Shown here: in pieces, positions 27,401-38,769 of the stretch | Position numbering within the stretch: the first letter of the stretch is position 1 | How the letters are laid out: every line of letters starts with the position of its first letter | The notes under the pieces: generated by a model | Seen by the model: the letters and a program-made list of their open reading frames with translations, nothing else | The model's database searches: none | What the model was told of the DNA's origin: nothing | Assembly (NCBI GenBank): GCA_051294375.1 | Contig: CM119265.1 | Span: forward strand, 11,161,818-11,225,817 | Origin: Paraspadella gotoi | Taxonomy: Eukaryota; Animalia; Chaetognatha | Direction: 5' to 3' | DNA: 64,000 bases | Program-made: the position numbers and the translations under genes

Positions 27401-30400
27401 TGTTAGTCCTGCAATGTTACTTATTTTAACCATAATTACTCGCATTAATCATAATTGAATTAATAGATTGAAAAGGAAAGTGTGTGAAGAAGCTAGATAT
27501 AAAGTTTTGACGGAATTGTGCCTGTGGAAATGAGTTTAAATAGAAAAAACATAATTCACATTTTCTTGAATCTTTTTATTTATGATTACTAATAAATGTT
27601 TTAATTAATTAATTAATTTGAAAAATTATGCAAGTTGAAAAAATTATGCAAGTTGAAAATTATGTAAGTTGAAAAATGATGCAAGTTGAAAAAATGATGC
27701 GAGTTAAAAAAATGATGCGAGTTAAAAAAATGATGCGAATTGTAAAAATGATGTAAATTGAAAAAATGATGAGTTGAAAAAATTATGTGGCGTGAAAAAA
27801 TTATACGAGTTCAAAAAATGATGCGAGTTAAAAAAAAAATTTAAAATATTGTGATTTATCATCTGATTAGCAGATTACCGCCTAATTATTGTAGGCAGAT
27901 CCGACATTGTTTGCTCAAACTTGTTTTCATAGGAATGTATTTTTCTTTACCCGCTGATATTGCGGTATATACCCATGGCTTTCGGATTTGGATTTCACGG
28001 CAGTCATTATGCTCGGTCGGGTCCAATATAAAATGTTAATCGAAACAAAAGGCCTTTGTTTTCTTAGGATTTTTTTAAAAAACACTTGAATTTTTTGTGC
28101 GCTCCACCCAGAAAAGGAAGAAAAAACCTTAATCTCGCCTTCGGGAAAATAAAAAGTAAAAAATACTATCGGCGTTAGGTTCGAATAAATGGTCGAAAAA
28201 GCAGTTGATTGTTAAATTAAACAAGCAAGCTTGCAAAAATAAAAATAAATTAAGATAACCTGTCTTAGCCAAGACGCCAATCTATCAAAATGTATAAGAT
28301 CAAAAAAATAATCAACTGTGGACGCAACAAGTTTCAGAGTAAGAATGATTTATTCTTCAACAACGTTATAAACAATAACAGTCAAAATGCTCAGATGCTA
28401 AGTCTATTACAATGGTATTTACAAAGGTCAACGTTTGACCATAAAGGTCAACGTTTTGACCATAAATAAGTTGGGGGAATTGAGCGAGATAAGTTCAGTA
28501 AGGTCATGTGGTTTGACCGTGGTTGCGTGTTCTCGATGTTCGTCCACACAACAAAGATTAGTAGAACGATCAAGTCTAATATGAGGTAGAAATAAAACCG
28601 TAAAACCAGTCCACTTCAGGTCCATTTTTTCATGTCAAGATGACAAAATTTTTCTTGCGCTCCACCGGTAAGGGCTTCCCAAGACGCCATGCTTTCGAAA
28701 TATGCCCATTTTTATACTATTTATTACGGGCATGCCGTTCGAATCGAGGCGAGACCATAAAAAAAGCCGAAATTCTCGGAAACCTGATCCCCCCTCTCGC
28801 GAAACTCGTGATCTTGCTACAGAATAGTAATTAAAATCATATCCCGCCAAAGCCTCACCTGATGCAGCTTGCTTTCCAACACGCCCACGAGACGGTAATA
28901 TTCGGTGAGTTCCTGGTTGAGCGCAGCCAAATAACTCTGGCCCACAAGACCGTAGGCGCGTTCGTTTCCCTTTCCGCCCACGTATTGGCGGATCCTTACG
29001 TGGAAGAAAACCTTCCTGTTCCTAAACTGTAACCGATAAATTCGACAAAAGCGACCACTCACTTGTTGTGCAGCCAACCGAGCTCGGCGAAGCGCAGCAT
29101 GTAGAGCCGTTTGGATTTGTTGACGCGACCAAGGGCGGCCTCTTCGTCGACGACCCAGACATCGCGGGCAGAATCAAATTTGAGAAACGCCCCGTCGATG
29201 CCTTGGAGGCTGTAGACGACCTCGCGAACTAGGGAAGTCTCTGGCACGGGGAGTAGTGGACCCGCGCGACCTGGGGTCATGGGTGAACGCCTCTGTTAGC
29301 TAATTAAATATTTCTTGTAAATTTTTTTTCAAAATTGCAAAATTTATACGACGATAAATACCGGTGAGAGTTATGCTAGAATGTGGGGGACCGGCCGACG
29401 TCCCCTTTTGATGAGAAGAGGGTAAGGTGTGCTGGGTAAGACCAGAAGTTAAACGAGAAGACTGACTCGTAAAACCTGAGAAAAAGATGTTGCGATAAAA
29501 TCTGCAGACGGATGGAGAAAGAGGTTGTCAAGGAAATGCGGTCACCTGAAGTCGGTGGTCGGATCGAGGAAATTCCGCTGGAATCAACTTGACTCAGGTT
29601 GACAAGTTGCGGAGTCGTCTGGTCGCCCCAAGGCCCCACGTAGGGTCGAGGTCCACCTTTCAGAGCTGGTAAGATAAATGGACACATGGACACAAAATAA
29701 TTTTTTTTTCATAAATAAAAACAAAATTACAAATTTTGATTTCTTTAGTTTCTGTTGGGAGAAAACTCTTTCTTTCTCTCATTCTTTCTTTCTTTTTCTT
29801 TCTCTTTTCACCCGCGGGGTGCGGTGTGGACGACGTGAAAGGCGGCGTGACGATCGAGGTCGCCAGAGACAAAAGCGGCGCGGCCGGAGACGCAACGGCG
29901 TTGTATTCGCTGACGAACCAAAAAAAATTGACAATGGCATCGTGGCGACGAACGACTGACGATCCCTGGAGGCGTCCGTGGAGTCTTGAATAGAATGATG
30001 GAGAGATTGGAGGTCGAAGATTCGATGACAGAATTAAAATTAAATACTTCACTGGTCATCACCTGGCAAAACTGGCGGCGTCTTCAACGCGGTCAATCTG
30101 AACGAGTCTTCGCTGAATCTTTTGACTCGTGGAAAAATCCCCGCCGTTGTTCGGGACTTGGGCTGCGAGATTGGGAGGAGAGGGGTCAGAGAGGGGAGAG
30201 AGAGAGAGAAAATTTAAAGGAAATGCTTAGAAGAACTTGTAATTTCTTTCAGAAAAATGTCTACCGTTGAAAATCCTGAGAGCGTGATGAAAGTAGCCAA
30301 GAATTTCCTCCTGCAAAAAAGGGAAACCAACGTGACGATCATTTTCGTTTCTCTCATCAAACTTTGAAACCACCCCTCATTTCTTACGTCTCGGTCCTTC

Positions 30401-30612
30401 TTAAGAATGGTCTTGCACAACTGGAGGACGAGTTCTGGAACGCTCACGCCCTTCAACGAACGCCCGTATCGTCCCGCTCCACCGGAAGTTCTCCCAGCAC
30501 CGCTGCCGCCAGACCGTCCCGTCGACGAGGACGAGACTCTAGGGGCGGCGGGCGGCGCCATCTTCTCGTCGACGCCGGAATGATCCGGGCGGGCTCCCCG
30601 GGCGGCGGGCAT
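2387..30612 (-). CDS. TUBGCP3: Gamma-tubulin complex component 3 (GCP3/Spc98), 17 exons, ~1012 aa
   Basis: Translated exons match GCP3 motifs ([121 protein letters not shown]). Manually spliced exons: 30388-30612, 30265-30310, 30063-30162, 29812-29984, 29546-29665, 29362-29475, 29063-29270, 28859-28994, 13176-13493, 12877-13103, 12687-12798, 12418-12571, 12261-12346, 12008-12162, 3288-3477, 3051-3206, 2387-2905. These sum to 3039 nt with phases consistent. The start could alternatively be the ATG near 30561. Confidence 0.95.
3690..3890 (+). repeat. ATTGATGCGATGATAACCAAAT-type minisatellite family (also ~43535-44395, ~60770-61170, ~63150-63690)
   Basis: ~14-22-bp tandem units, each array preceded by a shared AATCTTAAA(A)G... 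leader, i.e. internal to a dispersed element. Confidence 0.8.
4353..4394 (-). ncRNA. Minimal type I hammerhead ribozyme (Penelope-like element pLTR)
   Basis: AATG-CTGATGA-A-GGCTT...AAGCC-GAAAC-AT-GTC-CGTT; palindromic stem III ACATGT. Confidence 0.82.
7214..7435 (+). repeat. Short interspersed repeat ending in hairpin TCGCAAACGCTAAGCGATTGCGA (copies ~47260-47447, ~54660-54870)
   Basis: Three near-identical ~200-bp copies with a terminal stem-loop followed by an A-run; second HINE-like family. Confidence 0.65.
7744..11124 (-). mobile_element. Helentron-associated interspersed element (HINE/DINE-like), ~3.4 kb
   Basis: Terminal hairpin AGTCGG(G)ATCTGCT-nnn-AGCAGATCCGACT, subterminal IR GTCGGATCTGC at the other end (AAACAAGTTTGAGC..AAACAATGTCGGATCTGC), (GGAC)n microsatellite, T/A-run flanks, internal 18-bp minisatellite 10020-10410; inverted relative to 32680-36149. 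Confidence 0.8.
11236..11763. mobile_element. Non-autonomous DNA transposon fragment (second copy 48208-48763)
   Basis: Duplicated ~530-bp segment with internal palindrome AAGTGTTCCGTTTTACCCC/GGGGTAAACGGAACACTT and end ...CCCCGCACTACCCTA. Confidence 0.55.
16900..17990 (+). pseudogene. Degraded gag (coiled coil, RD-rich tract, decayed zinc knuckle) and retropepsin remnant
   Basis: Frameshifted fragments [32 protein letters not shown]...H...ACPEF, and [18 protein letters not shown] (protease-like), in the gag-PR position after the PBS. Confidence 0.6.
19225..19852 (+). pseudogene. DEDDy (DnaQ-like, WRN/EXD2/RNase D type) 3'-5' exonuclease carried by the LTR element, frameshifted
   Basis: ExoI-like AVIG/LDTK (frameshift near 19281), ExoII-like [13 protein letters not shown], then YIDIA...GIPSLKYL...LDK, and Exo[16 protein letters not shown], in the correct order across 2-3 frames. 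Confidence 0.78.
21505..21585 (-). ncRNA. P5-type twister ribozyme, family E (host element interrupted by the LTR element)
   Basis: Minus strand: GTTGGC-AAA-GCGA-GA[CCG]-T-CCTAGG-T^AA-CCGC-GC-P3(CAGTGAC/GTCACTG)-AGG-T[CGG]AAGC-CC...GCCAAC; T1 CGG/CCG; some mismatches; A-box-like TGGCTCAGAGG upstream (~21643-21653). Confidence 0.7.
22018..22355 (+). repeat. Palindromic TGGCGA-n-TCGCCA tandem plus CCCTAA-containing duplicated unit
   Basis: Four TGGCGA...TCGCCA motifs (22018-22091), then two copies of a CCCAACCCTAAACC...CCCTAACCC unit. Confidence 0.7.
22363..22436 (+). ncRNA. P5-type twister ribozyme, family B (5'-truncated element copy)
   Basis: Reverse complement of 36370-36444 with a few substitutions (GACGA instead of GACGG). 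Confidence 0.72.
22750..22826 (-). ncRNA. P5-type twister ribozyme, family C
   Basis: Minus strand: ATGTAG-AAA-GTGG-GA[TGG]-CCCGGG-T^AA-CCC-GC-P3(GTAGGC/GCCTAC)-CCAGA-T[CCA]AAGC-TCTGG-A-CTACAT; predicted cleavage 22802|22801. Confidence 0.85.
22829..22895 (-). mobile_element. tRNA-like Pol III head of twister family C element
   Basis: A box TGGCTCAGTGG, B box GGTTCGAGCCC, acceptor-like stem ACCTCAG/CTGAGGT, CCC in the anticodon-like loop. Confidence 0.75.
24662..27926 (+). mobile_element. HINE/DINE-like element with nested insertions
   Basis: Both termini present; internal AAAAATGATGCGAGTT array 27620-27830. Confidence 0.7.
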
Positions 30613-31335
30613 CGTCCGATCATAAATGAATTCAAAACTTTAAACGAGGAGAAAAATATGTTAAATAATAATGTAGTAAAAACATAATAATTTAACGGAA
30701 TGTATAAAACTAATTAAATGACGTAACTTATACTACTACTATACAACGAACTGACACTAATTAGTGATTAACATAGATTGAAGTTTCACAAAATGCATGA
30801 AGTTCGAAATGTGCGAGGAAGAGAGGTTACAAGTTACTAAACGAAGGGCGAGTAAGAAATAAATAAATTAAGGAAACCCCCTAATAATTCGGCTACATTT
30901 CGGGTCCCGGGTTTATTTTTTTGTCGACAATTCCAAATCGAGTTTGACGGTTCCAATTCCAATTCAAATCCACAAATTCCATTTATTCTCGATTGACCGT
31001 GAAATCTCCAAAATATTTTGAAAAAGCGACACCAAAAAGCCTCTCGACTAGTCACATAAATATACCGACCAATTATGTATTGGATAAGGATTGCCCACTA
31101 ACGAAAACGACAAAGTGGTTTTTAAATCCATATTCCGAAAGAACATCGAAGAGCTTACAAAATCAACCATTTTAAAACCACGAGCAAAACTAAAAGCATG
31201 AATACAAAAAAATTGTTGAAGACCGGCGTTTAATCAACGATTCACATAAAATCATGGCGTCAAAGTTCAAATTACACCTTAAATCCAATTTCTCATAGAA
31301 TGTACGCCTCCCCTCGGGTAAAAAGTGTTCCCTGA

Positions 31336-34300
31336 TCAAAGATCGGCTTCATCTTCCAGAATGGCTAAATTGTCGCAAGCTTCTGACCAAGAAACAAAAA
31401 CGGGCTCCTCATCCGATTTCTCCTTCGGGTAAGACCCAGGTAGATGACCCTTCTTCTTCAACGCGGCGGCGTGTTTGGTCATGATGACCACGCCTCCGCC
31501 AAAAACCGAAATTTCTTTTTTCCTCAAAAACTTTTGTCTCGAGGATTTTTTTTCGAAGTAGACGACGCCGTCGGTGAAGCCTTCGGGGAGGACGGCGTCG
31601 TTCGAGTCGGCGAGATCGTTGGGATCGAGGCGGACGAAGAAGACTTCGCCGACGACTGAGCGAAAGGCCAAAGTGACGGCATCGTAAATGTCCTGAAGAT
31701 GGCGGCTCGGTGCGCGACGGCTGACAAACGACTTAGTCCCCTTGGGGCGGACAGGGATGGGCTCGGTTAACTCTAAATCTCGTTGAACATCGTCACTCGA
31801 TTTCGATTCCGTCGCCGCCGACGAAGTTTCTCGCTTTCCGCTTTTGTCGTCGTCGTCGTCGTTATCGTCGGATTCAGTGGATGCGTCTGCGCGGTCGTTA
31901 GTCCCATCCACAGAAAGTTTTTCCAAAGAAGTCGCGGCTTCTGCGATATCTTTGTCTTCATCTTTTTTATTAGCCTCTTTGTCAACTTTATTGTCGTCTT
32001 TATCAACTTTGCTTTCGATATCTTTTTCATCATTGACTGCCATAACCACCTCTTTCACGTCGTCATCCTCTTTGCCATCGTCATCTTTTTTTACAGGGGC
32101 GGACAATGGGACTGCCTCGGTTACCTTTCTTGCATACTTGGATTGCAGATCCTCAATTGCATTAATGTCACAAAAAATTTCAAAAGACGCTGAAAAAAAA
32201 AATTAGAAAACAATTGAAATTAAAATATTTTAAAACCACATTAAGAAAAAGGGTCATTCAAATCAACTTCAAAAGTGAGCAAATATGAATAAAAGAAAAA
32301 TTTAGATTTCAATAAACTCCATTACTATTATTTGCGATCGGGACATTCAAATCAACTTTAAAATAGGCCTAAATGGAAAAAAAAAGCTGAGCACCTGGCG
32401 ATTCCGAAAATGTATTCATTTTATATCGGTTTTAATTATAATATAAAATAAAAGAAACCTATCTGAAGAGTTGCAGGTCAAACGAAAAAGCCATTCCATC
32501 TGATATTTTATATGATTTTTTTATTACTGAATTAGGAAAATGTAATAGAGACATTTTTAAATTTCAACTTGTATCCTTTAAAATGAAACATTTTTAAACT
32601 TTAACCCTGAATTCTTCCTAACTGGAACGTGTTTATCAAAATGTCTCTATTACATTTTTAAGATTGCTAATCAAATTTTTAGTCGGATCTGCTTGTCAGC
32701 AGACCCGACTCTATAACTCACTTTGTCGGTCCCGTCGGTCCGCCCCTCAATTGTCGGGCAACACTTATATGTTATATCATGTCAGAACATCGAATTATGA
32801 TTAATTATGCAAAAAAAAACGATGTCCGTCCGTCCGTCCGTCCGTCCCACCTTAGCAAAAATCTCCATACTATACTCGTGATTGGATGGATGGATTGGTA
32901 TGAAATTTTGTGTGTGGGTAGGAAACTGTGTGATTGAGGTGGATATGAAGTTTCGAGGGAATCGTGGCGAGTGGAAATTGGTTTAAATGGAAAAAACAAA
33001 AAATATATTTCACTATTTGAACGCCATTGCTCATGAGTGGATAGGGCAATTGACTTGAAATTTTGTGTGATGGTAGGAAAGTGTGTGATTGAGCTGGATA
33101 TAAAGTTTCGATGGAATCGTGCGAGTGGAAATGAGTTAAAATGGAAAAAAACAAAAGTCATATTTACTTGAAGTATTTTTACTTAAATTTACTCATAATA
33201 TTATGTTTTTAAAATTGGATAGATTAATCGAAATTGAACTTTGTGTGTGGGTAGGAAAGTATGTGATAAAGCTGATATAAATTTTTTGATGGAATCGTAG
33301 AGTGGAAAAGAGTTCAAATTAGAAAACCAAAAGACACATTTATTTGAATTTTTTAAGTTTCTCTCTCTCTATTCTCTCTTGATTGATTGACCAAATTATG
33401 CCAGTTGACCAAATTCATAAGTTGACCAAATTATGCCAGTTGACCAAATCTGCAAGTTGATCAAGTTCTGCAAGTTGACCAAATTATGCCTGTTGACCAA
33501 TTAATGCCAGTTGACCAATATATCCAGTTGACACAAATTAGGCCAGTTGAACCAAATTAGGCCAGTTGACCAAATTATGCCGGTTGACGAAATTATCTTA
33601 ATTGATCAAATTATGTCAGTTGACCAAATTATGTCAGTTGACCAAATATGCAAGTTGATTAAATTATGCAAGTTGACCAAGTTAGCTTATTACCACTTAA
33701 TTATCGATTGACCTGGAATTTTGTATGTGAGTAGAAAGTGTGTGGTTGAACAGGAAACCAAGTTTCGATGGAATCTTTTGAGTGGAAATGAGTTTAAATG
33801 GAAAAAAACAAAAAACCTGTTTCACTAATTGATTATGATTCTTTTTCCTTTTAAAATAAATGTATATGCAGGATGTATTAATAAATCAAATAATTAATCA
33901 ATTAGTCAATTAATTAACACTAATTTAATTAATCAGTCAATAAATCCGTCATCCCGTCCCACCTTAGCAAAAAGCTCCAATAACTCGTGATTGGCTGGTT
34001 GGATTGGAATGAAATTTTGTGTGTGGGTAGGAAAGTGTGTGATAAAAGCTGGATATAAAGTTTCGACGGAATCGTGTGAGTGGAAATGAGTTTTAAGTGG
34101 AAAAAACATAAGTCGCATTTACTAAAATATTTTTACTTATTTTAACTAATAAGTACTCTAATTAATCATAATTGGATGGATAGATTGAGTTCAAATTTTT
34201 TGTGTGGGTAGGAAAATGTGTAACGATGCTTGATATAAAGTTTCGGTGGAAACGTCGAGTGAAATGAGTTTAAATGAAAAAAATATGAGTCACATTTACT

Positions 34301-34619
34301 TGAATCTTTTTACTTATTTTAACCTATAATAGATTGAGATGAAATTTTGTGAGCGGGTAGGAAAGTGTGTGAAGAAGCTAGAATAAAGTTTTGACGGAAT
34401 TGTGCCAGTGGAAATGAGTTTAAATGGAAAAAACATAAGTCACATTTACTTGAATCTTTATTATTTATGATTACTAATTTATGATTACTAATAAATGTTA
34501 TAATTAATTAATTAATTAATGTAAAAAATGATGCAATTTAAAAATCATGCAAATTGAAAAAATGATGCAAGCAGAAAAATGATGAAGTTAAAAAAATCCT
34601 AAAAGATCGTCGCAATTGC

Positions 34620-34662
<43 letters not shown>

Positions 34663-34857
34663 AGAAAAATGAGCATAAGGATCGTCGCAATTGCAAGAGA
34701 GAGAGAGAAGAGAAGAGAGCAGAAAAATGAGCATAAGGATCGTCGCAATTGCAAAGAGAGAAAGAGAGAAGAAAATGAGCATAAGGATCGTCGCAATTGC
34801 AAAGAGAGAAAGAGGGAGAGAGAGAGCAGAAAAATGAGCATAGGATCGTTGCAATTG

Positions 34858-34898
<41 letters not shown>

Positions 34899-37800
34899 GT
34901 CCGAGATAAAATTAGCGAATAAAAAAGTTGTTATTTTACTCACTTAAAATACTTACAAAATACATAAAATTGATAAAATTATTATTCCGATAACATTGTT
35001 TAATCACATGCAATATATCTAGTAAGGCGGGCCAAAATTTAACACTTTTTATAACTTCCAGTTCTCTCAAAAAAATTTCTTTTTTCCTTCTACTACTAAA
35101 TCGATTTTCAATGTAACTTTTTGAATTAGTCCATTGGGTTGTGCACTGAAGCTTTTAAATATTTATTAATATATAACAAATGACAAAAAAAATTTAAAAA
35201 TTTGATTTTTTTAAGAACGGGTTCTTGTAGAGCTTAACAAGTTAAATGAAAGTTAGTACTATAAATTTTTTTCAAATTTTGACAATAAATTGGTTAAAAA
35301 TAGAAAAACACGTTAAAGAAATCATCATCATCATAATTGGCTAAATTTTATTTTTTCAAATTTTTCATTAATAAAACAAAAAAAATTTTAAAAGTTGTAT
35401 TAACTTTTAAAGCCCTATCAGAATCTATAAAAAAAATTGATAAGCAAAATTTTAAAAATTATTTTCATTTTCATATTATTTAATAGTCGCTTAACCATTA
35501 TTTATTTGAGAGAACTTCTAATTTTCAACCTGTTCCGGCCTAATATCTAGTAAGACGGGCCAAAATTGAACACTTTTTATAACTTCTAGTTCTCTTTAAA
35601 AATTTTTTTCTTTTTACTATTAAATCGATTTTCAATGTAACTTTTTGAATTAGTTCATTGGGTTGTTGCACTGAAGCTTTTAAATATTTATTAATATATA
35701 ATAATTATATAAAGTTTTGACGGAATTGTGCCAGTGGAAATGAGTTTAGATGGAAAAAATATAAGTCACATTTACTTGAATCTTTAATATTAATGATTAC
35801 TAATAAATGTTTTAATTAATTAATTAATTAATGTGAAAAAATGATGCAAGTTAAAAAAATGTTAAAAGCATAAAGATCGTCGCATAAAAAGAGAGAGAGA
35901 GAGAGTGAGAGAGAGAGAGAGAAGGAGACATAAAATAAAATAGAGGATATTTGTTTGTTTTGATAAAATGTAAACAAAACATATTTAATAACTGTCCTAA
36001 CCCAATTTTAAGGACATCGATGATGATAAGTTGAATATAAATTTAAAATTAATTATTACATTTTAAAATTAATTAATTAATTAATTAATCGATTAATTAA
36101 TTAATTAATTATTGTGGGCAGATCCGACATTGTTTGCTCAAACTTGTTTAATCAATATTATTGCAGTCGTTTAGTCCGCAACTCTTCAAATTCAGTGTAG
36201 ATTCATTGTAGCTCGAATTTCTTTACCATTTATTTAACTGAAGATTTTGTTCATGACTGGAAAACCAACAGAGTAACAAGATTAATTGTTTATTTCTCCC
36301 CTTCTAATTTATCCCTTTGAAGAGACAGTAATTATTGATAAGTGTTAATGACAGAACCGTTCAATATAAGCAGTCCCTGAGCTTCGGATCAGGCTGTAAC
36401 ACCAATGTTACAGGCGGGTTAAGCGCCCCGTCCCTCTTAACTGCCAGACGACCACCGGGCTAGAACCCCGGACCTTTGGGTTGGGAGGCGAATGACTTGC
36501 CTCCGGCACCAATGGCCGCTGATGAACGGTTGGTGGATTTTAGTCCACCATACATCCCCCCTCCCGTAGGGAGAAGTCTGTTGCGTCTCTTCGGTGAATT
36601 GTTGTTGTTGGTGGAAAGTTCGTCACCAAGTTGAGGCATGTCGCCTGATGTGTTGTGGGCGGAAAGTGCATCGCCAGGTTGAGGCATGTCGCCTGAAAGT
36701 GTTGTTGTTGCTGTTGTGTTCGGAAGTCGGGCTCACCAATGAAGAGACAGTAATTATTGATAAGTGTTAATGACAGAACCGTTCAATATAAGCAGTCCCT
36801 GAGCTTCGGATCAGGCTGTAACACCATGTTACAGGCGGTTAAGCGCCCCGTCCCTCTTAACTGCCAGACGACCACCGGGCTAGAACCCCGGACCTTTGGG
36901 TTGGGAGGCGAATGACTTGCCTCCGGCACCAATGGCCGCTGATGAACGGTTGGTGGATTTTAGTCCACCATACCTTACCATTTTTTAACTTCTTACCTAA
37001 AATTTTTTAACAACCAGATTGAAAAACAAATCTTTAAAAAATGTGCTTACCCATTTAACTTGACAATTTTGTTATTTATTTATTTTTTTGTGATTACCGA
37101 TGACTATAATGTATTTCTCAATGTATTAGCTCTAATACATCAATGATTACGCATTAGGGTGGAGTGATGAAAAGATTGAGCGATGGAACAATATTTTTTT
37201 GCTGCCTTTGTATATGTAATAAAAAATAATTAAACCCTTTTTCAAAAAAAATTTGCACAACAGTATCATTAATTGAATTTTCTTTATAGTAATATCCTTA
37301 TAAAATCATAAAATTTCAAAATCATATTTTTTTAATTTTAAAAACAGTTTTGGATTCGCCGGAAAAAACTGAAAAACTTTTGTAAAATATATTACATGAT
37401 ATTTTTAGGTTAAAGCTTCGAAAAATGATTAAGAAGTTTTATCATATAATAATTTTTATTACAAAGTGTAAAAAAGTAGAGAATTTGACCTTTTTTTTCC
37501 CCATTTTTGACGCTGAAGACATTGAAATTTTTAATAACATATTTTATATTTTTGATCTAACTTTTTGTGAAGAATCAGAATCTTTAATAAAAATTTAAAA
37601 AAAAATTATTCTAAAAATTTATGGTTTTATAAGAATATTACTATAAATATATTGTAATTAATGATACTGTTCCCCAAACAATATAAGCAAAATACTTTTT
37701 GTACTCCTTAATCATACTATCTCACGTCTAAATATCCTTGTTTGATCACTCAAATAAAATTCATGTTCCCCAGTGCTCCATTCTATTACGCATTGTTATG

Positions 37801-38769
37801 ATGAATGACCTTTCCTCTTAAAAAACTTTCGGCCATCTCGTAGTTATTCCATTTTTTCAAAATCTTACCCTCTAGTATTTTACCTTTTTGCAAGAAATCG
37901 CTGACGGTCAAGTCCCAGTCCAGGAGTTCACGACTCTCGGGCAGAACCATCGCTCGAAACGCAAATCGGGCAAGAAAAGATGTCAAACCGTCCTGCAAAT
38001 CATAAGAACAGCATTAATAATGCCAGCATTATAGCATCAACGCTATATTTAAAATAATTCGACGACTCAGATAAATTTCCCAAAACCATTCGGCATTCCC
38101 ATTTCCCAACCTTAGACACGAAATGAACAATGGCTCGTTTGGCCTTTTGCATCTCCACATTGATGACCATTTGCTCTGCTAGGAAAAAGCTGGTCAATTC
38201 ATCCGATGATTTGGCTGAAGAAAAAAAATTGAGCTGTATCTCCAAACTCAGTCATAAATCTTTTCCTCTTCCAGATTAACTCACCCGAATATCCAAGGAC
38301 TTGAAGCGGCCATTTTTTGGAGTTGGAAGCCAGCGTGATTTTCGCGGTTTTCTCACCAAACTTGAGATCAGGTTTTGATGAGAGGATCTTCTTGGCGGCC
38401 GGCAAATCCATCCAAACAAAGGCGTTACATCCTGAAGCGAGCAAAAAATATTTTACCATATAATTAATCGGGACACAAAAGTTTAAATATAGCTGTAAAT
38501 CTATTCTAACTTCCACCACCAACCTTTGGCGCTCTTAACTTTGACAGATTCTCCAATGATGGCGGCCAAGGCTTCAGCCAGGGTTGACTTGAAAATCCCG
38601 AGAGGCAAGTCGGTCAGTCTTGTCTCCACACGAAGCTTTTTTTTCCTCTTCAACATTTTATCTTTTTCTTCTTCATCTGCGTCCTTCGCCGCCCTCCCCT
38701 CTTCCTCTTCCTCCTCCACATCCTCGGCTTCCTTGTCCTCGTATTCATCCTCGTCGGGAAGAGACGAAA
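31336..38769 (-). CDS. Acidic multi-RRM-like putative RNA-binding protein, paralogue 2 (first exon uncertain)
   Basis: Exons 38524-38769, 38285-38431, 38111-38214, 37884-37992 and 31336-32189 join in frame through GT-AG introns. RRM-like segments: LTDLPLG...NAFVWM, WPLQVLGY...INVE...AIVHF, VFFVRL...GVVYFEKKSS; D/E-rich tracts. A phase-1 upstream exon is needed; candidate 40322-40334 (ATG ATC GAA GCA A|GTTAGC), low confidence. Confidence 0.8.
32680..36149 (+). mobile_element. HINE/DINE-like element, ~3.5 kb
   Basis: Same termini; colinear reverse complement of 7744-11124. Confidence 0.8.
36370..36444 (-). ncRNA. P5-type twister ribozyme, family B
   Basis: Minus strand: GCAGTT-AA-GAGG-GA[CGG]-GGCGCT-T^AA-CCC-GC-P3(CTGTAACA/TGTTACAG)-CCTGA-T[CCG]AAGC-TCAGG-GACTGC; T1 CCG/CGG; predicted cleavage 36421|36420. 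Confidence 0.85.
36792..36864 (-). ncRNA. P5-type twister ribozyme, family B (tandem copy)
   Basis: As 36370-36444 with two 1-nt deletions; predicted cleavage 36841|36840, 420 nt from the other site. Confidence 0.8.

Larger units (their letters stand above)
36318..36973 (-). mobile_element. Twister family B element: 1.5-mer tandem of a ~420-nt monomer (tRNA-like head plus twister)
   Basis: Direct repeat 36318-36553 / 36740-36973; tRNA-like head 36448-36519 (GCGGCCA...TGGTCGT, GGTTCTAGCCC, CCC anticodon-like loop); spacer pairs back onto the repeat (GTCTCTTC-GGTGA / TCACC-AAT-GAAGAGAC). Confidence 0.85.

Noticed and set aside
29271-29295. Start of a separate gene at ATG 29280, or acceptor at 29293
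   Set aside because: Phase requires the acceptor CCCCAG at 29271-29272; the upstream CTAAC fits a branch point
36448-36519. tRNA-Gly-like sequences (also 22829-22895, 47030-47100, 52366-52437, 1015-1089) as functional tRNA genes
   Set aside because: Imperfect cloverleaves embedded in repeated elements, mostly fused to twisters; treated as SINE-type heads
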